This document shows, piece by piece, positions 14,138 through 27,850 of a stretch of 64,000 nucleotides of DNA. Under the pieces are notes generated by a model that saw nothing but the letters and a program-made list of their open reading frames with translations, searched no databases and was not told the DNA's origin. The stretch lies in the NCBI RefSeq assembly GCF_009914755.1, contig NC_060930.1. The stretch is one strand, 5' to 3'. This DNA comes from the human T2T-CHM13v2.0 reference genome, Homo sapiens. A program made the position numbers and the translations under genes. Numbering within the stretch: the stretch's first letter is position 1; every line of letters starts with the position of its first letter.

Positions 14138-14510
14138 TTTATTGATATATCATTTATATTACAAAGTTTACTCATTTAAACATTTCAAGTATACAGTTAA
14201 ATGATTTTAATATATTTCCAAAGTTGTACAACCATCACCATAATCTAATTTTAGAACATTTTCACCACCTCAAAAAGAAACCTTGTACCCATTAGTAGTC
14301 ACTACCTTTTCCTTACAGATTTGCCTAATCTGTAAATTTCAATTAAATAAAATCATATAATATGCAGTCTTTTGTGACTGGAGTTTTTAATTTACCATGA
14401 TGGTTTCACAGTTCATCTATGTTTTAGCATGCATCAATGCTTTCATTCCTTTTTATTGTCTAATAATATCCCATTGGATAGATATACTGTATTTTGCTTT
14501 ATCCATTTCA
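14138..14510 (-). mobile_element. L1MB-like 3' fragment
   Basis: gttgtacaaccatcaccataatctaattttagaacattttcacc...cccattagtagtcact. Confidence 0.78.
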
Positions 14511-14549
14511 ATGTCTTTCTCTCTCTCTTACTCTCTCTGTCTCGCTCTT

Positions 14550-15025
14550 CCTTGCAGAACCCAGTCTTGTTCAGCAAGCATCTCTCCCTCATGTGACTCA
14601 AGAAAAAGTGACCACATCCCCTGGGATAATTTTGATTGGCATAAGTCAATCAGCTCATGGGATTCCCCTCCCAACTGCTGTGGTAAGGCAGAGGCACATG
14701 ACAAATACTGGCCCAATTAGACTGAAGAAAAGGTCTATGGTCCATGTTCTGGGCTGGAGAAGTGGGGATGTGTTTCCCATGCTCTGTTTAATGCAAACAA
14801 AAAATCCTGAAAACATTTGAGAAGTACCCAAAAGTGTCAGCAGAGCAAATGGGTGAAAAGTTCCTGGTCTTTGAATGACATCTTTAAACAGAAGACTCAA
14901 CCATCCTTAGGGCCTATTCTACCTGTGGACCTTTCATTATGAAAGATAATATACTTTCGTCCTTAACTCAGCTTGAGGCAAGTCAAGTTTTCCATTCTTG
15001 AAGCCAACAGCATTGTGCCTGACAG
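14550..15025 (+). mobile_element. MaLR (MLT1-type) LTR remnant
   Basis: MLT1-like blocks (gattggcataagtcaatc, cacatgac...tggcccaat). Confidence 0.55.
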
Positions 15026-16231
15026 TGGTAACTATTAAAATCATTAAGTACTCTGTCTTACTAATGAATTAAATCAAACTGCAGATTTATTACAGATATT
15101 GGTAGGAGACAGTGTAAGAAATACAAAACTTCCACTTATTTCAAAAATAGTCTATTAAAATTTCAAATATGAGTTTATGGGTAACTGTAAATTTATATTT
15201 ATGTGAAACTTTATATCTATAGAAATATTAAATATAATTTTGTATCATCTAGTCCCAATGAAAATTCTGTAAAAAACATTATTATTATTATAATAATAAT
15301 GTTTATAGCTGAGGAAACTAAAGGAATTAAAGGTTTAGACACTTTTAAGACCAACGTAGAATTGGGTTAAAACCATGGTTGGGTAATTTTAGAGCATACT
15401 GTTAAAATTCATTGACATTAAAGATGTATAAACATCAGGTAATGCAGAAGATACTTATTTAATTAGAACTTTACAATAACATGTGAAATAGGCACTGCTA
15501 TACTATAAATAGTGACTTCCTTGTTTTCCCTGATTGGCTTCTTGAATGTAAGAACTGAGCCTCACTTGCCTTTGTACCTACAATCTCTAACATAGTAACT
15601 GGTACAAAAATAGATCTTTAAAAAATGTTGATTGAATAAAAAGAGAATCTGGTGTGTATCTTTATATACATAATAATATCTAAGCTATCAAAGGAGAAGA
15701 AGGAATTAAAACAGAAACAAAAACATGATGGGAATCAAGGATGGACATTTTGAAAAACTGTATAGTGTTAAATATTCAGAGAAGTAAAGAAAATAACTGA
15801 GAAAAATCTATTTATTATGGCAACCCATCAGTCTTTGGAGATCATGGAGAAAGTAGTCTCAGCAGCAAAGAAACAGGTGATTGGGGGAAAATATAGAATA
15901 CTTTTCTACAAGTCTAATGTTTCAAAAAAGGAAAGAATATTAATTTAAGAGACATCAAGATGAAAAATGGCTCTTTTTACCATGAAAAATCTTGAATTTT
16001 TTGGAAGGCTAAAATGACAAAGTAGACATGGCAAAAATGAAGATAACATAGAGAAAATAAAAGAAGATAGAACTAATATAGCAAAATCTCTATGGAGTTA
16101 AATCCACTAAACTGTTGTTCATTGTTGAAATTTAGGTTTCCTAAATGTTTTGAAGGAATCTCACTCGTTGACATATTACTAATATACCATGGTTTTCTTG
16201 AGGATGAGAATAAATATTGCTATAATTTTTT

Positions 16232-16404
16232 ACTATTATTATTATTATTTTTTTGAGACAGAGTCTCGCTCTGTCGCCCAGGCTGGAGTGCAGTGGCACA
16301 GTCTTGGCTCACTGCAAGCTCAGGCCTCCCGGGTTCATGCCATTCTCCTGCCTCAGCCTCCCGAGTAGCTGGGACTACAGGTGCCCACCACCATGCCCGG
16401 CTAA
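16232..16404 (-). mobile_element. 5'-truncated AluY-like (right arm only) with TSD
   Basis: gcaagctc...gggttcatgccattctcc (AluY-type); attgctataattttt on both sides. Confidence 0.9.
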
Positions 16405-16541
16405 TTGCTATAATTTTTAAAATAAATCCTCAATATATATTCTTTTTAGAGGATTTTCTATATGCCTTAGGAACAGATGTAGTTGAGTCTGTAGTACAGA
16501 TATTTTTGTTTAACACAGATATAGCCGTTTTCCACTTCTAC

Positions 16542-16696
16542 CTGATCATTCCAAGTGAAATCAGCATAGATGCTGAGTGTCACTCGGAGGACAGTCCTTG
16601 TGATAGGCTGAATGGATGCTTCCATCATAACAGAAGGAATCTGATGAACACATTGTTTGACCTTCAGTCCAATATTCACATGATGTAAAATGTGAC
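16542..16696 (-). CDS. ASCC3: ASCC3 coding exon (155 nt, phase 1-0): HLH to IG-like
   Basis: gcag|GT CAC...GAT CAG|gtaga; (G)HILHHVNIGLKVKQCVHQIPSVMMEASIQPITRTVLRVTLSIYADFTWNDQ. Confidence 0.96.
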
Positions 16697-17152
16697 CTGC
16701 AAGAAAAATATCACATAGAAGAAATGTGTCCAGGCAGAAAAAAGCAATATAATCTGACTTGTAAATGGGATTTCAGAGAAGGTGATTTTATTGCTTGTTT
16801 TATGATTTGCTATGTAGAATAGCTGACATTCTTGACCTGGCATGTTTGAATATTTTGTAATAGTTAACTTGAATTAGCAATTCACAGTTTTTAAAGTCAG
16901 TATCAAGGTTTCTTTAGCTATTAATAGGGTGCTTAAAATTACTGAGACTTGATAGTGTTTAAACTACTATAAACAGACTCACTTGAATATAAAGAGATTT
17001 TCGCTTGATTTTAGATAAATGAAAAAGATTTATAAATACGGTAAAATTTTTATTTTGATTAATGTGGAAATTCACAATACCTTCTTTTACACCCAGCAAC
17101 ATATTTTATTTGCACAAAACAATACATTCAAACATATTTGCTTCCTTCTTAC

Positions 17153-17378
17153 CTATTTCATCTTTCCTCATGTCTTTCAGCTTATCCACAGTAAGCTTTT
17201 TTTCTTCTAATCTTGTTAGGATGTGTGGTGGTAGGATTGAAAATTGTCTCAAAGGGCTAGCCCAACCCCAAAGCCTCTTGTCAATGACTTTACTAAGATT
17301 CAGGAGCCTGTAGGTCATGGTAGGCCAACGTTTCCTCAGAGCAATTTCAAAAAGAGCACGGACAATTCTAGCTGCATT
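17153..17378 (-). CDS. ASCC3: ASCC3 coding exon (226 nt, phase 0-1): Sec63 HB/HLH
   Basis: tttag|AAT GCA...ATA G|gtaag; NAARIVRALFEIALRKRWPTMTYRLLNLSKVIDKRLWGWASPLRQF...DMRKDEI. Confidence 0.96.
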
Positions 17379-20300
17379 CTAAAAAATTATAGGAGGAGAT
17401 TGGTGGTTATACCCAATGTGCTTTTAAATTTGTCAATAAATCTATTATTCAAACTCAGTCTGAAAAGAAGTGCAAGTCAAGCTGCATCCTTGAATTGTGG
17501 GGCAATATCTTTTCTCATATAATCCTAATTATCTTATTATTTCTACATAAGAATAATCCTATCCTTTATATGTGGATGCTACTTGCTTACTCTCAGAGGG
17601 GAAGCCTTATTTCCAAGTTCTTAGAAAGCTCTACCTTCTAAACAGGAATGAAGTAGGAAGAGACAAAAGGCATGCAAAATATTTAGGAGGCTGTTAAGGC
17701 ATCTGACTATAAGAGACAAGGACGCCTCTTGGTGAATAGTGGAATGATTAAATTTACAAGGCTATTTAGAGGATTAAGGAAGACTGGGATCCTGATAGGG
17801 AAAAAAAATAATGAGAGAAGGGTGACAAATGAAATACTGATTAGTGTAGCTACTCATATGAAAGGGCCATACAAATGGCTTCCTATAAACCAAACAATGT
17901 GTTAACTTGCTTTACATATATTGCCTCATTTAACTTTTACAAAAATTGCATTTAATTGATATTAATATTATGATTTTATAGATGAATATACTAGGGCTTA
18001 AAGAGGTAAAAAATTTGACCAAGGTCACACTGCTAGTTGGTGTCAGAGCATCTACTCAAAGCCAGGACTAAAGGACTCCAAATATAACTGAGATTCTAGA
18101 CTCAGTGGTCTGAGGATAACTTTATTAATAGACATATAGAAAGTTATAATGAATGTAGTCTTTTTCTTCACATTTCTACAGCTAGCTCCCATTTATTTTG
18201 CCTCCACTCCTCTATCATTAACTTTGCAGATTGTTTTATTAAAGATTGTTTTTTAAATGAACTTATACCTTCCAAAATCCAGTAACATCTGTATTTGAAA
18301 ATAAAGAATGTTCAGTCTGGTTAAAATCCAAACAAGAGATACAAAACTGAAAAGATTTCAAATGGCAGACAAACAATCCAGCCTAAAATTATGAAGTCAA
18401 AAATGACAGATGAGTTAAAGGCTTTCATTTCACATTTTATATAAGATATGCGCTGTCTTTTGATAAATTTGACTATTTTGTTTCAGTATTAGAAATTAAA
18501 GTACAAAATGGTAGATAGAAGTATGAGGACAGTTCTGATATCCATTAAAAATGACTGAATGGGTCTTTATAAGGCCCAGAGAATAATAAATAAAATTTTG
18601 ATTACTGTATCTACCAAATAGGTTTTCCTACCTCATTCCCACTTGTTCTTACAAAAAACTATCAGGCTAATTTTCCTGCCTTTGAAAGTATGTCATTTTA
18701 ATATTTCAGGATCTACAGTTATCCCCTCAATGCTAAAAGAAGTAGGAGAAATTCCATATGACAAGATACAAACAGGACATGTTAATCTAGAATGATATAA
18801 ATTGGTTCAAAATAATAAGTCTATAACATGTACAGTCTAGAAAAGTTAAGCATAGGCCTTTAAATAAAATCCTAGAATATTTGAGCTATAGGTTTACCTT
18901 AGGGGCTGAGGAGAGAAAGTTTAAAAAATATAGAAGAAAATATCATTTTACAGAGTTGAGAGAGTAGTTGTTCAATTACTGATAGCTTAAACTTAAAATG
19001 TAATAAAGTATAATTTATCTGATGCATTCAGGGATGCTAAATCCATAATGGCTGTTTAAGAAAAAACAGGGATGCTTTGAGATATCCTTAATCAGAAGTT
19101 GACTTCCTGGATACCAATCATGAAGAGAATTAAAGTTTTACATTGTAAGCAATTCTTATGTCAGTCTCTGATAATATCTTCATAATCTTGAAGCAAGCAG
19201 AAATGTTGCCAGATTATTCATCCAGAACCCAGTAAAACTTTACCTTTTATTTAAATGATTAACTATTTCAATATAAAATCATTAGAAAATATAAAATGAC
19301 AATATTACATTACTTTACAGAAAAACAGATAAAACAAAGGAGATTAGAAAATTATTCCTATAGAAGCTATAGGGTTTAAAGAATATATAAATATTTTCAC
19401 TACATCTATATTAACTTTATATAATTTATGAATTATATAACCTGGTATCTTGGTTACATTGATTAAATTACTACATGCATTCAAAATGTTTACCAATATG
19501 TCTTGGTTTGTGTTTGTAAATATTCCATGTTTAAAGGACTCCTGAGTACTCATGGCTATTAATAATGATATATTTAACACAAACATTCTTTTTCTATATT
19601 TAGTCTTTCTTTGAACAAAATTACAAATATAACAGCAGAATCATTTCCATATTTAAAATAAAATTAAGCTTTAATTTCTTCTTAATTTATAAAAGGAAGT
19701 ACTCAATAAAATAAAATTAAAAAGCCTTGACAGGTAAATAATTTTTTTAAAAAAGTATGTCTAGAAGGGAAATCTTTCATTTGAAGGATAAATAGGGTAA
19801 AATATAACCTACTTTACTTCACATAAGGGCTTGAATATAAAAACACAAATATTTGAACAGTTTATACCATGGTATTTTTTAAAAGTTATAAATTAAATGA
19901 GCTGTAGTTTAGGGAATAATTTTCTTTCTGTCCTCAATGTTTAAGTTTCAACAGTAGAGAGGAGAGATTACTTTTGTAAAAACCAGAGACATCACACTGA
20001 ACGTATGGTAGGAAATATGTTTACTACGCCTTGTTTAATGATTAAAAATATTATTATTTCTAATATTTGGTAAAAATCTAAAAAAGTTCCACAATCTTTT
20101 CTTTATGCTTGCAATATTCTTTAACTTTTCTCTTTATAAGTACTTTATATTCTTTTACTTTATAAGTAAAAGAAATGAAATTCATCATTTAAAGTAGAAA
20201 AAAATCAGGTATCATTTTAAAACTTTGTAAGAAACATCAACATCACCAAAAAAAGCCCTATCAGTCACCAAATCTCATCCCCAGTCCTGTTTTATGAGCA

Positions 20301-20464
20301 TAGATTACATAAAATATTTACAAATTAGCAGAAACAGTTCTAAGTAAAATGGTGGTTTGGTAGCATGTCACAAAGCAATGCATTCATAGCACAGCATGAA
20401 TTAACACCTTGGTCCTCTAAATATATTCAAGGAAGAGAAAACTGGAAGGGAATAAGATACTTAC

Positions 20465-20641
20465 CTGTGCAACATATGCAGAATCTGATATAAGGGAGAA
20501 ACTGTCCATTTCTCCTCGGCTGATATAAGTTTGAAGTAAGATGTTTATTTTCCCATAACTATTCTCTACACCTCCAGGAGTGGAGAGTTCACAAAAATTG
20601 CTTAATAAGGTATCTAACTCCTCTATTTCCTCTTCTCTGAC
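20465..20641 (-). CDS. ASCC3: ASCC3 coding exon (177 nt): Sec63 helical bundle
   Basis: ctag|GTC AGA...GCA CAG|gtaag; VREEEIEELDTLLSNFCELSTPGGVENSYGKINILLQTYISRGEMDSFSLISDSAYVAQ. Confidence 0.96.
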
Positions 20642-21486
20642 CTAGAAGAATCAATGTATTTATTGGAATTTTGGGGCTGATTTATTTAAATTTTTCACAT
20701 TGAAATTAAATACATTGCATGTTTTTAAAGAGTTTCCATTTACTATAATGCAGCATTTTTCTTTCATAGAGTTAAATAACAATGATTTTTCCATAGGTAG
20801 CTAAAAAACTGCAATATGAAATGATCTTGAGGCTGATACAATTACATTTTATTATTCATCACCAATATTAAATTTGCCATTGACATATAAAAATTTGATA
20901 TGCCAAAAAATTAAATCTTCTGACCTCACCATCCTTGAATTGATGAGATTTCATATTTTATTTGACCAGAGTAAAACCTCTGCCCAACTGGATTAGGGCA
21001 ACTTGAATTATCTTCAAATGCATTCATTATAGTCATATATTTTTATATGGTATAATACATTCATAGCTTAAAGCCATGAAGTACTATGATTCAAAGTATT
21101 AAAGTTTTCACTGTTAATAAGATTAAATATTAATACAGGTACAGAAATACTCATATCTAAGGTTTGAATCATACAGGTACTTTTACATTTTCTTCAATGA
21201 GCCTTATATTGCAATAAACCAAAATCTTCATACTACATTCTTCAACAGTTTCATTACTGCAAAACCAATTTAAATTATTTGATGTGGAGTACAGAGAAAA
21301 GAATGATGTCAGGTATGATGTAATATTATAATCTAGGACAGTGGGTCTTATTGTTAAATGAAGAACATTGCTGATATTCCAAATGTGATGTGCCATACAG
21401 CTTATATGGTATTAATGAGAACCTTTTATAAATGAATGAATGCATACATGTTGTATGCATTTGATTCAAATTTCAAGAAATCTTAC

Positions 21487-21573
21487 CTTAATTTGATCAA
21501 ATTCTTCAGCTTTGGAGACTATGGCAAAGATATCACCTTCTGTTTTGTGAGCATCAAAGAGTTCATTAAAGGT
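21487..21573 (-). CDS. ASCC3: ASCC3 coding exon (87 nt): Sec63 helical bundle
   Basis: ggtag|ACC TTT...ATT AAG|gtaag; TFNELFDAHKTEGDIFAIVSKAEEFDQIK. Confidence 0.95.
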
Positions 21574-22651
21574 CTACCAAAGTAAGTGTTATATTTGATT
21601 AAAATAAAAATATTTTAAATATTTTAAATTAAAAATGTGACTATAAATTACACATTTTAAAAGAAATTTGAGCCCTAGACAGTGCAGTTATAATGTCTGT
21701 GTTACAGTATTTAAAGTCACTGCTTTATAAACATCAACAAATTTATCAAAGACCAAAGAAAATTCCTAGAACATAATTAGCTAAGGAAGATCTTTAGCAG
21801 CAAAAAGATGGATGGTGAATAAAAGTTAATAACATCTACACTAGATACCTTTAAAAAGTTAATAAAATTCTGGTTTGTGCTTATTTTCAGCATGGCCATG
21901 TGGAAATCTGCACAATTCACGAATTCTAAGCTGATCATGTATCATAAAATTCAGAGATGTATATCTAGAAAATATGTAGTCTGAAAATTCTCAAAATATT
22001 ACTAGTGAGGACATACAGAAAATTAGAAAACTGAGTTGAAAAAAATCAGTCAAAGGCCACATAGATTGAAGACAAATGCTAAAGAATGCCTAAAGTTCCT
22101 GCAAAAGAACAGCAAACAGGTTTAGGATATAGAGTGGTAGCAACACACTAGCAAGTGAACAAATTTAAAAAGTTACTTTGACAAAATGAGTGGATGTGAA
22201 TAGGTGATGGAAGGAGTGAAAAGCCAGAGACAACGTGTTGGATTGATTTCAACCGGATCATAGTTCTGAGATAATATATGTTTAAAGGTTTTGAAGAAAC
22301 CTAAAGTGCTATACAAATAGAAGGTTTATTTGGGGAAAGACGGGGGAAAGTTAGTAAGCACATGAGGTGTTTTCTGAAAACCGTTACATGTAAAAGCAAA
22401 TGTGCCTTGACTATTTAGGCTTGGGTGTGTTTATTGCTTGGGATACACTCATTGAATAGGATGACAAGAGGTTCCTTAGTATCTGAAGTTTTATTTTTTT
22501 CTTGTCTTTACTGAGGGTATACTGTTGAATTCATATAAGTTAAATGGATTTTGTTCTATTATTTGCTTTCATTATTTTACATTAATAATATATTTTGAAG
22601 TCTAGAAAGTATTTGCATCTAAAATCAAACATATTTGCATTAGTATAATAC

Positions 22652-22816
22652 CTCAATGGTGTTGTATTTAATATAGTAATGGCTGGCAGTTCTACCCAAA
22701 TCAGTTGAGGAAAAATATCCAGTTCGCTCCTCAAAACGAATCATCTGAGCTTTGTCTAGTTTTCGTCCAACTTCAATGACCAACTGTTCTCGATGCTTTC
22801 TTAATGTTGGGTCAAT
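22652..22816 (-). CDS. ASCC3: ASCC3 coding exon (165 nt): end of WH, start of Sec63
   Basis: atag|ATT GAC...ATT GAG|gtatt; IDPTLRKHREQLVIEVGRKLDKAQMIRFEERTGYFSSTDLGRTASHYYIKYNTIE. Confidence 0.96.
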
Positions 22817-23284
22817 CTATGGCAAAAAATATATAAACAGTTGAATAGTGCTTTAGAGAGTAACCATTTGCAAACATATATTTATTTATGGAAATTAAAA
22901 CTTTTCTTAATGTTTTAGTTAGACTTTTTAATTACAATTTTTAAAGTACATTTTTCTACATTTAGGAAATAATTGAAAATATTTTATGCCATTAAATAAA
23001 GGAAGCTTAAAAATTCATTAAAATTATCAATGTGCATATTCTTTTCAGATACCAATATTTTGGAATCTAAAATTCTTATATGATCTTATGATCTTTAAAA
23101 TCACAAAGATTAAAAATCAAATTTTAAAAACTCAATAATTGTCTTCTTTCTCCCATACTAAAGTAAATAGGGATTTTAAATTGTCAAATCATATTCCTAC
23201 TTTATTATCAGTTATTTGGAGAAATGATAGCAAGAATGCTTTCCCTGTCAAAATCAAGATATATTTAGAACTGCAAAGTTATCC

Positions 23285-23554
23285 GGCCGGGCACAGTGGC
23301 TCACACCTGTAATCCCAGCACTTTGGGAGGCCAAGGTGGGCGGCTCACGAGGTCAGAAGTTTCAGAGCAGCCTGACAAACAAGGAGAAACCCCATCTCTA
23401 CTAAAAATACAAAAATTAGCTGGGTATGGTGGTGCGCGCCTGTAATCCCAGCTACTCAGGCGGCTGAGGCAGGAGAATCACTTGAACCCAGGAGACAGAG
23501 GTTGCAGTGAGCCAAGATCATGCCACTGCACTCCAACCTGGGCGACAGAGCGAG
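23285..23554 (+). mobile_element. AluS lacking polyA tail, followed by inverted copy of its own 3' part
   Basis: Dimer ends at gacagagcgag, then gctggagtgcagtggcgtgatcttggctcact. Confidence 0.93.
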
Positions 23555-25625
23555 GCTGGAGTGCAGTGGCGTGATCTTGGCTCACTTTACTTACTTTTTA
23601 CTTTTATTATTATTATATGCAGATGGGAGAACCCATTCTAAAGTAAATAAAGTTGACAGTGAATTTTTGTATAGTTTTAAAACTATTACTTATCTAATAC
23701 TTTTTCTAAGCAGAAATAATAAAACATAAGATATTAACAAATATTCTTGTTACTATAGTATTGTGTATAAATATATGTATGTACACATGCCAATTATTAA
23801 GGAACACTCTGTAGTCATGAGGAGTAAAGTGAAATATGACCTTTAATGGAGTAGGGGGAGTATTAAAACAATTTAGAAATCAATTAATGAGTTAACACTA
23901 CTACCATTTGTTCTAACTTAGATATTTATGGCAGCTTATTTATGTACAAAATATAGCTAAAATAAATTTTAAAAATCAGGAAAATGGAGCAAAAGAATAT
24001 CAACTGCAGGGAAGTAAGATGGAGTCAAGAGTTACATCAGCAAATACAAAAAGTCTTAAATGTTTGCTATGAGTGATAATATATGTATCAGGTTCAACTT
24101 ATAAAACTATTTTATTAATCACCTATTACTAAACCATCAAAAATATGCTAAACTGTTTTATCTGTGTTAGTTCATAAGAGTTTTGTGGCCACAAATTTGT
24201 ATTGAGTAATAACATTAAAACACACAAATCAAAAAAAAAAAAAAGGGTCAAGATTTTCTGACGTATAAAGGTACTATGTATCCAAAAGGTCTTTATACTG
24301 GAAAATGAAAGGCAAATGACTTTTGATTATAACCTAGTACTTTAAAGTCAATTGATGTATTTATCTTGTTCCAAAATTTGAGATGGCTTAGTCCGTAAAA
24401 ATAAATTGTTTAGTTTTTGTTTTTCTTTACTCCTTCAAAACATTTTCATAGTGCCACTGGGTCTTCTCAAAATGCCCATATTTGTGATGGGAATAACTAG
24501 TGCCATATTCTTTAAATGTGTAAGGTTACAGGTTATAATGCAGTTATATGTTATAACAGAGCAATTTGGCTGTAAATGTAAACATTCATTTAAAGATTAG
24601 CACAAATTTCAACTGAGACAAAGAAAGGTAGGTGAGTCCCATCTAGAGTAAATCTAAGTATAAAAACCTAATAACGGCTTTAGATTTAACAGCCTCAGAA
24701 CTAATTGCTGCTGCTGCTTTTCTTATTTTTCCTCCCGCAAGCCTTAAGTTTCAATTTTCCCATGGTAAAATCTACTGCATAGGGAAAGAAAAAAATAAAA
24801 GAAATAAAAATTTAAAAATTGGTAACTGCTTTGATAACACAATAGGATTCATATAAAAACTAAGTCATAGTAAATTAGGGGAAACTATAATTTTGAATAA
24901 AGTTCAACTTATACAAATTTTGACTTAATACTAGTTAATATCCATATGATCATTGTAGAATAATGTTTTCATTAGACAACAACTGGATTTTATCTGCAAT
25001 TAGGACACATTTACAATATATGAAGCAGAGTTATAAAGGAAAGACAAGATTTCACAGAATCTATAAGCCACACGGACCACACAATTGTGAAGTTCATAGG
25101 AAGAACTGCTATCAAATGCATCTAATTCTCAGTCTATGTATATGGACTTGAATAGTGGAACTGATTCCAGTCCTCAAACTGTTAAGATAGTAACTCCTTA
25201 ATGGTATATTTAAATTTCAGAATAGGGATTAGAAGAGACTTGATAAGAGGAACAGATTGTATATAACCTAAGCTGATTATCAAATATGGTCTATAAGTTT
25301 CCTCATGTCTAATTTATTCTAAAACGAAATTTCTCACAGTTTAAAAAATCACACCAAAATATTAATATCAAATAGAAATATACCTGAATACATGGATAAT
25401 AGTACAAAGATTAACATAAGTATTTGTAGAAAAAGATATTTAAATATAGCCTGCCTAATAACTACAGGGGCCTATCTAATTTTTTGAAAAATATTAAATC
25501 TCTTGTTTTTCTTCTAGGTACCTCTTTTCAGATGAGGCAAGAGCAGCAAACAAATATCTATCCTCATATCATGAAAGAACCAAAAAGAAGGTCTGAATTT
25601 TTTTTTTAATAAATGAGTTTTCTAC

Positions 25626-25745
25626 CTGATAAGCCTTGTGACTGATGCCATATGCTAATGGATTTGCTCTCATCCGTACATAAAGATAAGTGTAACTTAT
25701 CCACTTCACTGCTTCTTCCACATTAGTAACTGTTCCCAGAGCAAT
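25626..25745 (-). CDS. ASCC3: ASCC3 coding exon (120 nt): winged-helix domain
   Basis: tgcag|ATT GCT...TAT CAG|gtaga; [40 protein letters not shown]. Confidence 0.96.
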
Positions 25746-27788
25746 CTGCAAATCAAAAAGATGACAGAAATTAATGTATTAAAGTTGAACATAAACATTA
25801 CATCAAAGTCCATTCTGTCAGAGGTGAAGTTTTAAAAATACATCATTATGCAGTATTTTTAAAAAGGTAGGCATAGTGACTGGACACAACACTTTGCCAA
25901 TTAATTAAAATCAGTCCTGCCTCATTTAATTGAGAATGATACATGAGAAATGTTATCTTTCAGAACTGAACTTACTCAATATTATGGCAGACAATTATTT
26001 TTCTTTATAAGGAGTTTAATTCTACATAGCATTAAGGACATTTGTTATTTTTTTTTCTTATTCAGTATACAACTTATTTTAGTTTCATTTTATGTGACTA
26101 CACTGCTGAAAAATGTAAGTGTTAAGTGCATCTGAATAAAAACAACAAAACATTGTTAATTCTATTCATTTTTATCCTAATTCTGTATACTGTCATCACC
26201 AAAACCACAGAGGGGATAACATTAGCTTTTACCTCCCAAGACACGAATTTGCAGGACTGCGAGTGTGAAGATGTAATATGAATACAATAAAAAATTCACT
26301 GTTTTGCACGAAACAAAGCAGATTTTGTTGTGATTTATACATATTAATAATACATACATTTTAACAAACTCATGTACAAGAACAGGGAGTGGTTTTTATT
26401 TATCAGTAAACTTAACCTATGGAAAAAATATTCATGCATTTGAACCATAATAAACAGTGGATAATTCTTCAGATTGTATCTTGAAAGAAAATATTTTTAA
26501 ATATAGCATTTAATGTAGCTTTGTGATATATTAATTAAATGAAATCAAAGGTTAATAATTTAAAAACACAACAATAGCATATAAGAGCTGTATAACAAAG
26601 AGAAAAAATTATTAGAAGATGATATTAACAAAGAATTTCAATGAAAAGTTTCTTAGAAACATATTTCCTTAGCCAATGGTTCTATAGGTAGTAATTTTAT
26701 TTTTACTTAAGGTACTTATTTTACTTTAAAAATTTACCCACGTTGTAAAACTTCATAGTTGTATTTTTTTTTCCTGAATCCTTAACTGAAATTGTTTTTA
26801 ACCTCCTAAAACTTTAATTAAAGGAGAAGAGATGTTCCCTACCTAAATTATTAATTTTAGGAGAAAAAAAAGGAAAAACAAACCCTCTCGATTTAGTCCT
26901 AATATTAAAGAAAGTAAAACCTTCATGTTTAACTCCTTCATTATAATTTTAATTATAATTCTGTATAACTAATTTCATGAAATAAATATGTGGATGGTTA
27001 ATTGTCTTTAGTTAGTTGAAGATGAGATTTAGTAATCTATAATTTTCATTATAATGTATAATTTTCATTATAGTATTATGATATACTATTTGTTACTAAA
27101 ACAGAGAAATGACCAAAAGTTGAAATATAATATGGGAGATTCTGTCTACTAACTTTTAAATTTATATTACAAACGGCTAAGCCATCCATAATGTAGGTAA
27201 ATATATATACTCAGTGTAAACTGTAAGCCTTTCCACCAAAATAAGAGTAGCAAGAACTAAAATTGAGCCAGTGTGGGAGCTGTGTAACAATTCATGAAGA
27301 TTTACAACTAAAACAGTTAAACATTTTCTAGTCTACTTAGGTAAATGAAACTAGTTTGGTGATATAGCTAAAAATCTGAGAGTGTCTCTCCTTTGTGAAT
27401 CCATTATTTGACAGACCAAATTGTATTAAACCATAGACATATGACCTATATTCCCATCATGACTTTATGATGTTACTTTAAAATAATGACCTACATTCCC
27501 TTATAACCTTAGAATATTATTTTAAAGTAACATCACACAACTCCTATGAGTAGAAAAATTTATAAGGGATAAAATAAGCTTGCTATTATTTTCAAAATCA
27601 GATAGTAAATTAACATTAAAAAATTACCTATTGCTACCAGTGATATGATTAAAGAAAGGAAAAAGTAGGTAGCAAAGATTCGATCAACTAAAGCAAGTGT
27701 TGTAAATGTTCACTAAAAAGGACAAGACTACTCAGAAAAATGAAGGTAAATTTATGATGCTATACCTTATTTTGAGAGTAATATTTGA

Positions 27789-27850
27789 ATGCCACCTAGT
27801 GACAAAAAATAAAAATGTATTTGTAAATATTTGCTGTCACCTAGTGGCTA
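27789..27850 (-). promoter_or_regulatory. Tandem CTCF-like motifs
   Basis: Minus strand GCCACTAGGTGACAG and GTCACTAGGTGGCAT. Confidence 0.45.

Noticed and set aside
14397-14900. Cluster of overlapping ORFs on both strands
   Set aside because: Lies in L1/MaLR remnants; no recognisable domain or splice structure.
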